From NCBI GenBank assembly GCA_041615815.1, contig JBFJCP010000003.1, forward strand, positions 64,001 to 128,000: a stretch of DNA of 64,000 nucleotides, in the 5' to 3' direction. The first letter of the stretch is position 1; the number at the start of each line of letters is the position of its first letter. The translations under genes and the position numbers were made by a program. The DNA is from Gemmatimonadales bacterium. GTDB lineage: Bacteria; Gemmatimonadota; Gemmatimonadetes; Gemmatimonadales; GWC2-71-9. The notes below the pieces were generated by a model. It worked only from the letters and a program-made list of their open reading frames with translations, was not told the DNA's origin and did no database searches. Below, piece after piece: positions 42,391 to 51,414 of the stretch.

Positions 42391-42397
42391 AGCCCCG

Positions 42398-43321
42398 CTA
42401 GCCGCCCCCACTGCTCGACGGCTCGGGGACCGTGGTCCCAAACCCACCGGCCGCCGAGCGACGGAATCCGGCACGTGGAGGTTGTTTTGGTGTTCGAGGC
42501 GCGGAAAACGGCTGCGGCACGAGCGCCGTATCCGACAGATCGACGTGGTAAACAGGGAGGTCGACCAGGAGCAGTTCTGCAAAGTAGGCCTCGAGATCCA
42601 GCGTCGGGATTCCCTCTTTTCCTCTCGTGATATAGTTGACCTCGCGGACCCCGGCCCGCCTGAGGAGGCTCGGCCCCGGGAGGATCGAGTCGTCCAGATA
42701 GTACCGATTGTCGAACTCGCCCGGGCGCCCTTTTCGTTGTCCCAAACGCTCGCTGTCACAAATCCACACAGGCGGCGAACTGGGGCGCAGGCGGGGCCGC
42801 ACCTCAGCAACCGTGGTGGCCCAGTAGAGCAGGGCAGCCAACGTGTGCTCGGGTTTGAGCAGCCCCCGCGAATGCGGCCAGTTGTCGAACGTACACACCG
42901 GCTGACAAGCGGCCGCCGTTACGAGCCACGTACCAACCTCCACGGCCAGCGCCCCCGGCAGGTCCACGATGGTCCAGGTGTTCGCCGTGTCCCATGGGGG
43001 ACGCGAGGCACCTGGACGGGCATGAGCAGGTGGACGCTCATGTCTCTTCGCGACCTCGATCGGCGAAGGTGGGCCGATTTTGTTGGGGGGAATGCGATCC
43101 AGCGCGGCGAACAGCGGGACGCTGTGATAGGGGACCCACGGACTCTCCGGCGCGGGGCCCCAGACGTCATACAGGCGCTCGGGTGTCAGGTACGCCCGCC
43201 AGCCCGTTCCCCCCAGTGCGTCTGCAGCGGATGGATGACCCACTTGAACCGACCGGGACCCGAAGCCGCCGATCCCAAGACGCCCGAGGAATTCAAGCGG
43301 CTTGGACCAGGGTCGCCACAT
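42398..43321 (-). CDS. Uncharacterised soluble protein with Gly/Ser-rich C-terminal tail
   Basis: 307 aa from ATG 43321, overlapping the upstream stop; motifs VDLPG, FDNW, PGEFDNRY; ends RRSAAGGFGTTVPEPSSSGGG. Confidence 0.75.
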   Translation of the reverse strand: MWRPWSKPLEFLGRLGIGGFGSRSVQVGHPSAADALGGTGWRAYLTPERLYDVWGPAPESPWVPYHSVPLFAALDRIPPNKIGPPSPIEVAKRHERPPAHARPGASRPPWDTANTWTIVDLPGALAVEVGTWLVTAAACQPVCTFDNWPHSRGLLKPEHTLAALLYWATTVAEVRPRLRPSSPPVWICDSERLGQRKGRPGEFDNRYYLDDSILPGPSLLRRAGVREVNYITRGKEGIPTLDLEAYFAELLLVDLPVYHVDLSDTALVPQPFSAPRTPKQPPRAGFRRSAAGGFGTTVPEPSSSGGG

Positions 43322-44489
43322 GATAGGCCTCGTGCGTGATGAGTGGTCGGGCGGCGGCCCTGGTGTAGTAGCCGGCAAACCTTCCGTTGACGACAAAGGC
43401 CCCAAGCGCCGGGAACAGCGGTCCCGTTTCGAAGCGCACCGCGCGAACCACAAAGCGCTCCTGCATACACCACTCGCCCGGAGCGCGCGACGCCTCGGTC
43501 AATGTCTCGTCCCACTCTCGCTCGGTGGCCAAGGCCCCAACGACCACCGAATCCCCCATCCGCCCAAAGGCTCGCTTCAACACCCAGCGCGCCCGTTCGT
43601 CTCGCAGTCGGGGCGTTGACTGCACATCGAACGGTTCAGTCCACGGACAGTGGCGCTCGACCAAGGTGCGATCCGCGGCATCCAGCGATCCGTCTCGCCG
43701 CCACAGCGCAAACATGGTCTTACTCTGCCGCACGAGATGCCGTAAAGGGTTCATCATGGGGAGCCGCGCGCCCAGGCGGATCCACGTACCGAGGTTGGGC
43801 AGACGCGGCATCCACTCCCCAGGGTAGAAGCGAAAAACGGCGTCGATGGGCTCGCCGAGGATCCTCGGGCGACGCCACCGACGTTTCAAATGGGCGGGCG
43901 AACCCAGCACGGTGTGGTGCCCCACGTCGGAGAGCCAGCGCTCCAGAATCAGCATATGCTGCAGGTCCTCGGAATACGCGGTCGCATACAGCAAGCCCAC
44001 GGATTCATAGGGATCGAGCGCCGCGAGGAATCGCCCGCGGAGATCGCCGGCCCATTGAACCTCGTCGCCCGGATCGCCGAGCAGCTCCGGCAACCCCACC
44101 GCCTCATTGAAACCGCCTGGCACGTCCTCGTTGAACTCCGACACCATCCAGCGGTCGTCGTCGGTCGGAAAGAGATCGTAGCGGGCAAACTGTAACGGAG
44201 TGTCCTCCTCTTCCGCGATCCAGCCGTGCAGTGCCGGAGGGATACCGAGTTTGCCGAGTGCTCTGGGATCTTGGCGCACGCGACGCTCAAACCGCGTGAG
44301 GGCCTGGTGAAGTCGTTCCACGATCCCAACGATCTCTTCGTGCGTCTGCCGCGACAGCACCAGCACCTCCGGCAGGACGAGACATGTCCCGCAGGCGTAT
44401 GTATCCCATTTGAAGTACCGAAACCGGAGCGCTCGAAGGATCTCCTGTTGACGACCCGGCTCGAGTCCCCACGGTCGTGCCGCGATCAT
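43293..44489 (-). CDS. Glutathionylspermidine-synthase-like ATP-grasp ligase (no amidase domain)
   Basis: ARYD (RxD), EFNEDVPGG (ExNxD), SED, FRFYPGEW, QSK, LKRAFGRMG, MQ. Confidence 0.85.
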   Translation of the reverse strand: MIAARPWGLEPGRQQEILRALRFRYFKWDTYACGTCLVLPEVLVLSRQTHEEIVGIVERLHQALTRFERRVRQDPRALGKLGIPPALHGWIAEEEDTPLQFARYDLFPTDDDRWMVSEFNEDVPGGFNEAVGLPELLGDPGDEVQWAGDLRGRFLAALDPYESVGLLYATAYSEDLQHMLILERWLSDVGHHTVLGSPAHLKRRWRRPRILGEPIDAVFRFYPGEWMPRLPNLGTWIRLGARLPMMNPLRHLVRQSKTMFALWRRDGSLDAADRTLVERHCPWTEPFDVQSTPRLRDERARWVLKRAFGRMGDSVVVGALATEREWDETLTEASRAPGEWCMQERFVVRAVRFETGPLFPALGAFVVNGRFAGYYTRAAARPLITHEAYHVATLVQAA

Positions 44490-45316
44490 CCGGGTCCCCA
44501 CGCGCCGTCGAGCACCCGATTGAGTCCCCACGCCGCCAATGCCATGACGGCGTAGGCGCCCGCCTCCACGATGCGCTGGCGCTGGGAGTACGCCGTGCGT
44601 AGCCGGCGTCCCCGCGCGTCGGTCCAGGCGGCGAACACCTCGCGAAGCACCAGCAGCCCAGCGAGAACTCCGAAAGTCAGGAGCGCGTGCCGCCAGCCCC
44701 AGAAGTCACCGGAAGAGGCGTCCGCAAGCGTAGCGCCAGAGGCGAGCAGGAAGAACGAGGCGGCGCGCGCGTCGTCGAGGCTCCGCTCCCGTCGAAGCCG
44801 TCTCGAGATCCTTCCTTCCTCACGCCGCAGGAAGATGCCGAAGACCAGCAGGAGGGTGCCCCAACCCAGCAAGAAAAACGTCACCGGGATCCACCACCCC
44901 CCTTCCCCACCGCCTTCAGGGTCGGCTTCTCCCCACAAGCTCCCACCGAAAATCAACCCGGTGGCCAGAGTGAACGAACCAATCAGGAGCGCCGCCGGGA
45001 GGTTACGTCGCTCGGCGACATCCACACGGCTTCGCGCACCGTAGGCCGCAGCCACGGTCTGTCCAAACATCTTCACCACCGCGTACCCCATGACGAGATA
45101 GAAGACGACGTAGATCCCCCGCACGCTGGGGTCGCCATGGCGCCACAGCACGTAGCCGATCCACACCATCGCGAGGAGAATTCCCAAGCGGATGATCCCC
45201 GGACCCGGGTTGCCGCGAAAATACAGACGGTGCAGCGATCCGGTGCGATTGATCCCGATCCCCGTCAGGGCCAGGACCCCGGACAGGATGAACATGAAGA
45301 TCTCGGAACCGTCCAC
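44486..45316 (-). CDS. Polytopic membrane protein, DUF350-like
   Basis: Multiple TM helices; D-x-x-ERRNLPAA motif repeated loosely as ERSLDDA; GTG start after AGAAGGGGG; ATGA overlap with the ligase. Confidence 0.65.
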   Translation of the reverse strand: MDGSEIFMFILSGVLALTGIGINRTGSLHRLYFRGNPGPGIIRLGILLAMVWIGYVLWRHGDPSVRGIYVVFYLVMGYAVVKMFGQTVAAAYGARSRVDVAERRNLPAALLIGSFTLATGLIFGGSLWGEADPEGGGEGGWWIPVTFFLLGWGTLLLVFGIFLRREEGRISRRLRRERSLDDARAASFFLLASGATLADASSGDFWGWRHALLTFGVLAGLLVLREVFAAWTDARGRRLRTAYSQRQRIVEAGAYAVMALAAWGLNRVLDGAWGPG

Positions 45317-45561
45317 TGTCTGAGGCCCCCTTCTGCAATTCAGATCGTTCTGCGAGATGACCGTGATCCCGGTGCCGGCGTGGACGGATACTATGGACGG
45401 ACCGACGAACCGTCCATACTGCGGCACAGACACCGAGTGACCGCCTCCAAGCGGCCATTGCGTAGCAACCTTTCCTTGCCACGTGGTGTCTAAGCCGGAG
45501 CAAGTCAACTTGCTCCAACGTGTCCAGTCGCGTTATCCAGGTAAGCCGAGGAGAAGAGGTC

Positions 45562-46950
45562 GTGAACGCAACGACGTCAGCCTACGCGCTACTCGTTCTG
45601 GTAGCCGCCATCGGCGGGTTGAAGGGGTGCCGGCCCGGGGCGGATTACGATGCGGCGACGCTGCTGATCCGGTCGACTCGTGTAGTGGACGTACGAGATG
45701 GATCGCTCTCCGCTCCAATGGATATCGGAATCGTGGATGATAGCATCCTCTTCATCAGCCCCGCGGTTCAGGATCTCAAACTCGGCTCGACGACACAAGT
45801 TGTCGATGCTGATGCAACCTTTGCGATTCCCGGACTCTGGGACATGCATGCGCATCTCTGGGATCGGGACCTCCTCGCCGCCACCTATCTGGACTACGGT
45901 ATCACGGGCGTGCGAGACATGGGCGGCGCACTCGACGCCTGGACGCGGTGGGAAGCGGAAGTGGACAGTGTGCCATTGCCACGATCCGTCGTCGCTGGTT
46001 CGATTGTCGACGGACTCCAGCCCGTTGTCTTCTTCTACAGCCGCGCGAGGGACAGCACAGAAGGTGTGGAACGGGTTAGCGACCTGGCGGAACGGGGAAG
46101 CGATTTCATCAAGGTATACGACCGACTCGGTGCGGAGGCGTTTGCCGGCGTGGTTGCCGAGGCAAAGCGCCGCCGCATTCCGTTTGCCGGCCACGTGCCG
46201 GTGGCGATCCGGGCGAGTGAGGCATTGAGCGAAGGAATGGCGAGCATCGAACATATGACGGGCATCGCGCTCGAGTGTGCGGCAAATGAGGATGCACTGC
46301 GGAGCCGTGTCCGTATGACGTTGCAGCCGTTCCTTCACGATAGCGTGGACAGCGCACTCCTGTCCTTGCCCATCGACTCGTTGTACACCATCACGCGCTG
46401 GGAAGTGCTCGACCGGTACGATCCGGCGCACTGCCCAGCCCTGATGCAGAGACTGTCCAGTCACAACGCGTGGGTCACTCCTACGCTCGTGGTGACGGGC
46501 GAGTCGCCAGAACGCAAGGCTGCGCGCGTAACACCTCACCTCGAGCAGTGGCCGGCCTGGATGCGCGGGATGATGCGTCCATCAACCGATACAGCACGCC
46601 GTCGGGAGACCGAGACCAGACTCGCAACTTTGCGCCGCCTTTTCGCCGACCTCGATGCCGCGGGCGTGCGCTGGTTGGCCGGCTCCGACGCGCCCAATCC
46701 CGGATCCGCTCCGGGGATTGGTCTCCACCATGAGCTCGAGCTTCTCGTTGGATTCGGGCTCACGCCCTTGGAGGCTCTTCAGGCGGCGACCCTCAGCGCC
46801 GCGGAATTCCTGGGTCAAACGGCCGTCTCCGGAACGCTCGAAGCGGGAAAACACGCTGACATCGTGCTGCTCGAGGCCAATCCACTGCAGGACATCCGGC
46901 ATACCAGGGACATTACGAAGGTCGTTTCGCGGGGACGCGTCGTCAGATAG
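45562..46950 (+). CDS. Amidohydrolase family protein (probable lipoprotein)
   Basis: PGLWDMHAH, GITGVRDMG, FIKVY, AGH, SIEH, LAGSD, GTLEAGKHADIVLL; lipobox LKGC. Confidence 0.9.
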   Translation: MNATTSAYALLVLVAAIGGLKGCRPGADYDAATLLIRSTRVVDVRDGSLSAPMDIGIVDDSILFISPAVQDLKLGSTTQVVDADATFAIPGLWDMHAHLWDRDLLAATYLDYGITGVRDMGGALDAWTRWEAEVDSVPLPRSVVAGSIVDGLQPVVFFYSRARDSTEGVERVSDLAERGSDFIKVYDRLGAEAFAGVVAEAKRRRIPFAGHVPVAIRASEALSEGMASIEHMTGIALECAANEDALRSRVRMTLQPFLHDSVDSALLSLPIDSLYTITRWEVLDRYDPAHCPALMQRLSSHNAWVTPTLVVTGESPERKAARVTPHLEQWPAWMRGMMRPSTDTARRRETETRLATLRRLFADLDAAGVRWLAGSDAPNPGSAPGIGLHHELELLVGFGLTPLEALQAATLSAAEFLGQTAVSGTLEAGKHADIVLLEANPLQDIRHTRDITKVVSRGRVVR

Positions 46951-47148
46951 TGATCGAGTCCCTCACCGCGCCGTATCCGCTCCACCTGGCCTGGCAGACA
47001 CCGTGACAGGATCACTCCGTTTGTCGCGAATGGCTCGTCGCAATGGTGGCAGAAGACCGTCCGTTGCGCGAGGGTTGTGTGACACCCCGAAATGGTGGAC
47101 GTTCCCAGCCATGGCACCCGCGAAACCCTTACGCGACACGGAGGCTCC

Positions 47149-47577
47149 TTGACATCCAAGCGAGCTGCTCGCTCCGTGCTGGCGATCGTCGTTGGGATCG
47201 TGTTCGTGTCGGCAGTCGTCGAAGCGCTCGAGTTTGCGCTCGTAACCGCGATCAATGGGGCGCGTGTCACCGACCCGGAAACGTACTACGGGATTCGTAA
47301 TCTCCCCTGGTTCCTGGCCGCCAAACTCCTGTACAACAGTCTTGCCGCCGTGGGAGCAGGGTTCCTCACAGCAGTCATCGCAGGATATGCGCAGGTCCGA
47401 CACGGCCTGGTGCTGGCGCTGCTCCAGACCGCCGCCTTTGGCTGGGCGCTTACACAGCCTGAGATGAGCCGCTGGACACCCGGCTGGATGTGGGCGGCGC
47501 TCATCATCCTCACGTTCGCGGGTATTATCTTCGGTGCGCGAATACGTGCTGCGCGCGCGGGCGCATCGCGGCCATAG
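47149..47577 (+). CDS. Small four-TM membrane protein
   Basis: RSVLAIVVG start, four hydrophobic segments, P.W motif; TTG start after GGAGG. Confidence 0.7.
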   Translation: MTSKRAARSVLAIVVGIVFVSAVVEALEFALVTAINGARVTDPETYYGIRNLPWFLAAKLLYNSLAAVGAGFLTAVIAGYAQVRHGLVLALLQTAAFGWALTQPEMSRWTPGWMWAALIILTFAGIIFGARIRAARAGASRP

Positions 47578-47677
47578 GCGCGCGCGCTGGCCTGCAGCGG
47601 CGGGCTGCCACCCATCCGCTCAATCTCTTGACGCCGTGGCCGATAATGGTATCGGAGATCCACCCAAGAGGCTTACC

Positions 47678-48166
47678 ATGCGACTCCTCCCGCTCGCCAC
47701 CTTCATGACCTTCGCCGTCGTTCAGAGCGCGGCTGTGCCGCTCTTGTCGGCTCAAAGCAATCCTACCCCCGCGGAGACGGACCCGGCCAAGACCGCGCTG
47801 ATCCACCGCCTCCTCGTGCTCACGCGCGCGACAGAGCTCGTCGTCTCGAGCATCGAAGGCGCCATCCCAGCGCAACGGCTCGCCAATCCGGAGATCCCGG
47901 CCGAATTCTGGGACGAGTTTGCGGCGCGCGCTCGGGCTGATACCGCGCGTTTCATGCGGATGCTCGTCCCCATCTATGCGCGGCACCTCTCCAGGGAGCA
48001 CCTCGAGGGGCTGGTGGCGTTCTACGAGACGCCGGTAGGTCGACACCTGGCGGAGGTGCAGCCGCAGCTGACGCGGGAGAGCATGACGGCGGGTCAGCAG
48101 TGGGGGGCGCAACTCGGAGCCGAAGTAGGGGCCGATCTCGCCGAGCGAGGCATTCGCGTCCCGTGA
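47678..48166 (+). CDS. DUF2059 family secreted protein
   Basis: Signal peptide; VPIYARHLS.E.LE.LVAFYETPVGR...QP; GQQWG. Confidence 0.88.
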   Translation: MRLLPLATFMTFAVVQSAAVPLLSAQSNPTPAETDPAKTALIHRLLVLTRATELVVSSIEGAIPAQRLANPEIPAEFWDEFAARARADTARFMRMLVPIYARHLSREHLEGLVAFYETPVGRHLAEVQPQLTRESMTAGQQWGAQLGAEVGADLAERGIRVP

Positions 48167-48191
48167 GCCAGCCGCGGCGGTGGGTTTCTCG

Positions 48192-49076
48192 CTACGATGG
48201 GGGGCCCACCGCCTCGTCCAGAAACTCTCTCGCCACCTCCTTGGCGTCCCGTTTCTCCACGTCCACCAGGTAATTCAGCCGCCGCATGGCCGCCTCGTCC
48301 AGCCTGCCGCCCAGCGCTCGAAGCGCCTCTCGGAGGCCCGGGAACCGTTGCAGGACCTCGCCCCGGACCACCGGAACCGCCTCGTAGGGAGGGAAGTACC
48401 CTCGGTCATCGATGAGGTGCACCAGATCCAGCGCTTGGACCTGGCCATCGGTGGAGTTGCCGGCGATGATATCGACCCGTCCCTCCGCCAGCGCCCGATA
48501 GGTGAGGCCAAGATCCATGACGGCGGGCTCACGCGCGAACTCGAGACCGTACGTCGCGGCGAGGCCCGGATAGCCGTCCGCCCGCTGCGCGAATTCATAC
48601 CCGAAACCCGGTCGCCATCGGCGGGCATGTGATCTCGCTTCCGATAACGTCGTGATCCCCAAGCGACGCGCGTCCGCGCCACGCACCAACATCGCAAACG
48701 TGTTGTTGAATCCGAGCGGCTCCGTAAGCTCCAACCCCCACCGCGCGCCGTAGATACTGTCCACCTCGTGCCGCACTCGAGCTTTGTCTCTGAGCGTCGG
48801 GAGCTGGAAAATCGCCGAGTGCGCCGTGCCCGTGTATTCGACATAGACGTCGAGCTGGCCGGCCACAATGGCTTCGTGACATACGAACGTGCCGCCCAAA
48901 AAGAACTTCCGGTCCACCTCGAAGCCGCGGCGCTCCAGCTGTTGGGCCACGATCTCCCCCAGCAGCAGAGACTCGGTGAAGTTCTTCGAGCCCACGGTGA
49001 TCGTGTGTCCCGAGGTGCAGGCACCGAGCCCGGCAGCCAACACCGCGCCCAACCACGCACTGCTTCTGGCGCTCAT
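48192..49076 (-). CDS. Osmoprotectant (glycine betaine/choline-type) ABC substrate-binding lipoprotein
   Basis: Lipobox LGAC, VGSKNFTE, YVEYTGT, GFNNTF, STDG, FPPY. Confidence 0.92.
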   Translation of the reverse strand: MSARSSAWLGAVLAAGLGACTSGHTITVGSKNFTESLLLGEIVAQQLERRGFEVDRKFFLGGTFVCHEAIVAGQLDVYVEYTGTAHSAIFQLPTLRDKARVRHEVDSIYGARWGLELTEPLGFNNTFAMLVRGADARRLGITTLSEARSHARRWRPGFGYEFAQRADGYPGLAATYGLEFAREPAVMDLGLTYRALAEGRVDIIAGNSTDGQVQALDLVHLIDDRGYFPPYEAVPVVRGEVLQRFPGLREALRALGGRLDEAAMRRLNYLVDVEKRDAKEVAREFLDEAVGPPS

Positions 49077-49711
49077 CGCCGTGTCCAATCCAGCCGACGC
49101 TCCACGACATGTAGTCCCCCGTCGGCCAGGAGCGCCAGCACGGCCGCTGGGACAGCTCCGGCGAGGATCTGCGCGTTGTCCACCATGGCCACGCCTGAGA
49201 AGATGAAAACGCCAAGGCCGCCGGCGCCGATGGCTGCCGCGATCGTCGCGATCCCCACCCCGATCACCGTGGCCACGCGGACCCCGGCCAGAATGACCGG
49301 TGCCGCGAGAGGGAGCTCGACCAAACGGAGAAGCTGACCATCGGTCATGCCCATGCCTTGCGCCGCGTCTCGCACCGCCCGATCGACACCGGAGATTCCC
49401 GTATAGGTGTTCCGAATGATGGGAAGCAACGCATAGAGAATGAGGGCGACAATGGCGGTCCTCGCCCCGATCCCGCCGATGAACGGCAGGGGTATCAGAA
49501 AGCCGAAGAGCGCCAGGCTAGGGACCGTCTGGAGGACGTTCGCCACGCCGAGCACCGGACCCCGGAGCTTCGCGTTCCGCGTGATCAGGATCCCCAACGG
49601 TAGTCCCACCGCCACCGCGATTCCCGACGACACGCCGACGAGCACCAGATGCTCCACGGTGCGCGCCCACACGAGTCCGCCGTTCCGTATTAGGTACTCC
49701 AGGAAACTCAT
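49073..49711 (-). CDS. Osmoprotectant ABC permease
   Basis: QTVPSLALFG, YALLPIIRNT, AAQGMGM, VELPLA, IGAGGLG. Confidence 0.93.
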   Translation of the reverse strand: MSFLEYLIRNGGLVWARTVEHLVLVGVSSGIAVAVGLPLGILITRNAKLRGPVLGVANVLQTVPSLALFGFLIPLPFIGGIGARTAIVALILYALLPIIRNTYTGISGVDRAVRDAAQGMGMTDGQLLRLVELPLAAPVILAGVRVATVIGVGIATIAAAIGAGGLGVFIFSGVAMVDNAQILAGAVPAAVLALLADGGLHVVERRLDWTRR

Positions 49712-50436
49712 GTTCGAAACCCCTGGACGAGCTCATTCGTCGACCGCGTGAACGCTTCGGGCGTGCCGACGAACACGCACCGTCCCTCGTCCATGAGCAC
49801 GATCCGATCGGCAAGGCTCTCCGCTTCGGCCACGTCATGGGTAACGAACACCACCGTCTTCTCCAGACGGTGCACGAGACCGCGAAACTCTCTCTGAAGC
49901 TCGCTTCGGGTCAACGGATCTACGGCACCAAACGGTTCGTCGCACAGCAGCAGGGGCGGGTCACCCGCCAGCGCTCTGGCAAGACCCACGCGCTGGCGCT
50001 GCCCGCCCGACAGCTGGTGCGGGTATCGGTCCCGGAACTCCGCAGGTGGCAGACCCACGAGTGCAAGGAGTTCACCCACCCTCTTTCCAATCCGCTCCGC
50101 GGGCCACGCCATGAGCTTGGGTACGAGCCCCACGTTCTTGGCCACGGTGAAATGGGGCAGAAGACCGATCTCCTGAATGACGTAACCGATCGATCGTCGG
50201 AGCGTCACGGGGTCCCAGGACGCCGTAGAAATCCCTCCGACCACCACATCCCCCGCGCTCGGCCGCACCAACGCATTGATCAGACGCAAGGTGGTCGTCT
50301 TGCCCGATCCGCTTCGGCCCAAGAGAACCACTGTCTCCCCCCGCGAGACGATCAGGTCCAGTGGCCCTACGATTCGGCGGCCATCGATCCTGTACTCGGC
50401 AGATCGAAATGCCACGGCGGTATCGGAGAGATCCAC
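49708..50436 (-). CDS. Osmoprotectant ABC ATP-binding protein
   Basis: [38 protein letters not shown]. Confidence 0.93.
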   Translation of the reverse strand: MDLSDTAVAFRSAEYRIDGRRIVGPLDLIVSRGETVVLLGRSGSGKTTTLRLINALVRPSAGDVVVGGISTASWDPVTLRRSIGYVIQEIGLLPHFTVAKNVGLVPKLMAWPAERIGKRVGELLALVGLPPAEFRDRYPHQLSGGQRQRVGLARALAGDPPLLLCDEPFGAVDPLTRSELQREFRGLVHRLEKTVVFVTHDVAEAESLADRIVLMDEGRCVFVGTPEAFTRSTNELVQGFRT

Positions 50437-50524
50437 GCAGTTGGCTCGAGCGGGTAGCGGCTACAGATTTGAGGGTGTGCGCCGCGAAACCCCCGAGGCG
50501 CAAGACCCGTAGAGAAAGACGATC

Positions 50525-50899
50525 ATGAAGGGATTCATTGCTCGCGTCCTGATCACCGCCTTTGGACTCTGGCTGGCCGATCTGCTCCTCGCCGGTGTGC
50601 GCTTCGACGGTGCTCCCGCGCTCTTTCTCGCGGCCGCCCTCCTTGGCTTGGTGAATGCGATCGTTCGACCCGTGGTGATCTTCCTGACACTCCCCATCAC
50701 CCTCGTGACGCTTGGCCTCTTTCTGCTGGTGATCAACGGGCTGATGGTGATGTTCGTTGGATGGCTCATGCCGTCTTTCCATCTCGCAGGACTCGGCCCG
50801 GCTATACTCGCTTCGATCATCGTAGGGCTCACGGGGTGGATCGCCAACGCATACATCGGCGACCGGAAGGTCGAAGTGTGGTCGGTGGGCCGCGATTAG
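50525..50899 (+). CDS. Four-TM membrane protein (YvlD / 'phage holin family')
   Basis: LGLVNAIVRP...TLPITLVTLGLFLLVING. Confidence 0.88.
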   Translation: MKGFIARVLITAFGLWLADLLLAGVRFDGAPALFLAAALLGLVNAIVRPVVIFLTLPITLVTLGLFLLVINGLMVMFVGWLMPSFHLAGLGPAILASIIVGLTGWIANAYIGDRKVEVWSVGRD

Positions 50900-50906
50900 C
50901 GGCTGT

Positions 50907-51323
50907 TCACTCCCCCACCACGACCGCGATCAGCTCCCGGCGACGGCGGCGGTTGTCGAGGTTGAGCACCACGATCTGCTGCCAGGTTCCGAGCGCGAGT
51001 CGGCCATCTGATACGGGAATGGCCACGCTCGTTTTCAGCAGCGCCGAGCGCACATGGGAAAAGCCATTGCCGTCGCCCCACCGTGCGTTGTGCGCGTAGT
51101 CACCGCGGACCGGCGCCATCACGTCGAGCGCACGCTCGAGATCCTTGAGCGCGCCTGATTCGTATTCGATCGTGGTGACCGCCCCAGTGGACCCCACAAG
51201 GTGCACCGCCGCGATCCCATGCTGAACCCCGGCCGCTGCCACCAGGCCCTCGACATCCGCGGTCACGTCGCAGTGCCCAAACTCCGCCGGGAGATCATAC
51301 GTCCAACGTCGTTCGAGAACCAT
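50907..51323 (-). CDS. YjbQ family (secondary thiamine-phosphate synthase) protein
   Basis: GSTGAVTTIEYE, HN..WGDGNGFSHVRS, LGTWQQI. Confidence 0.9.
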   Translation of the reverse strand: MVLERRWTYDLPAEFGHCDVTADVEGLVAAAGVQHGIAAVHLVGSTGAVTTIEYESGALKDLERALDVMAPVRGDYAHNARWGDGNGFSHVRSALLKTSVAIPVSDGRLALGTWQQIVVLNLDNRRRRRELIAVVVGE

Positions 51324-51414
51324 CGCGCTCCTCCGGGCTCGCTTGTTCCGCCCCTTCCAACCTCCCACCTTTCAACCGCCGCTAATCTACCCCCGACGCC
51401 TGTATATTGCCTCC

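Noticed and set aside
38862..42397. Integron attC sites between the small genes
   Set aside because: No RYYYAAC...GTTRRRY pairs were seen after the stops, several genes overlap or nearly abut, and no integrase is in the window.
45464..45481. Sigma54-like site upstream of the DUF350-like operon (TGGCAAGGAAAGGTTGCT, minus)
   Set aside because: GG-to-GC spacing is 14 rather than the required 12.
47628..47647. Sigma70 promoter TTGACG...GATAAT before the DUF2059 gene
   Set aside because: The spacer is only 8 bp.
50525..50899. Prophage implied by the 'phage holin family' gene
   Set aside because: YvlD-type membrane proteins are common chromosomal genes and no other phage genes are nearby.
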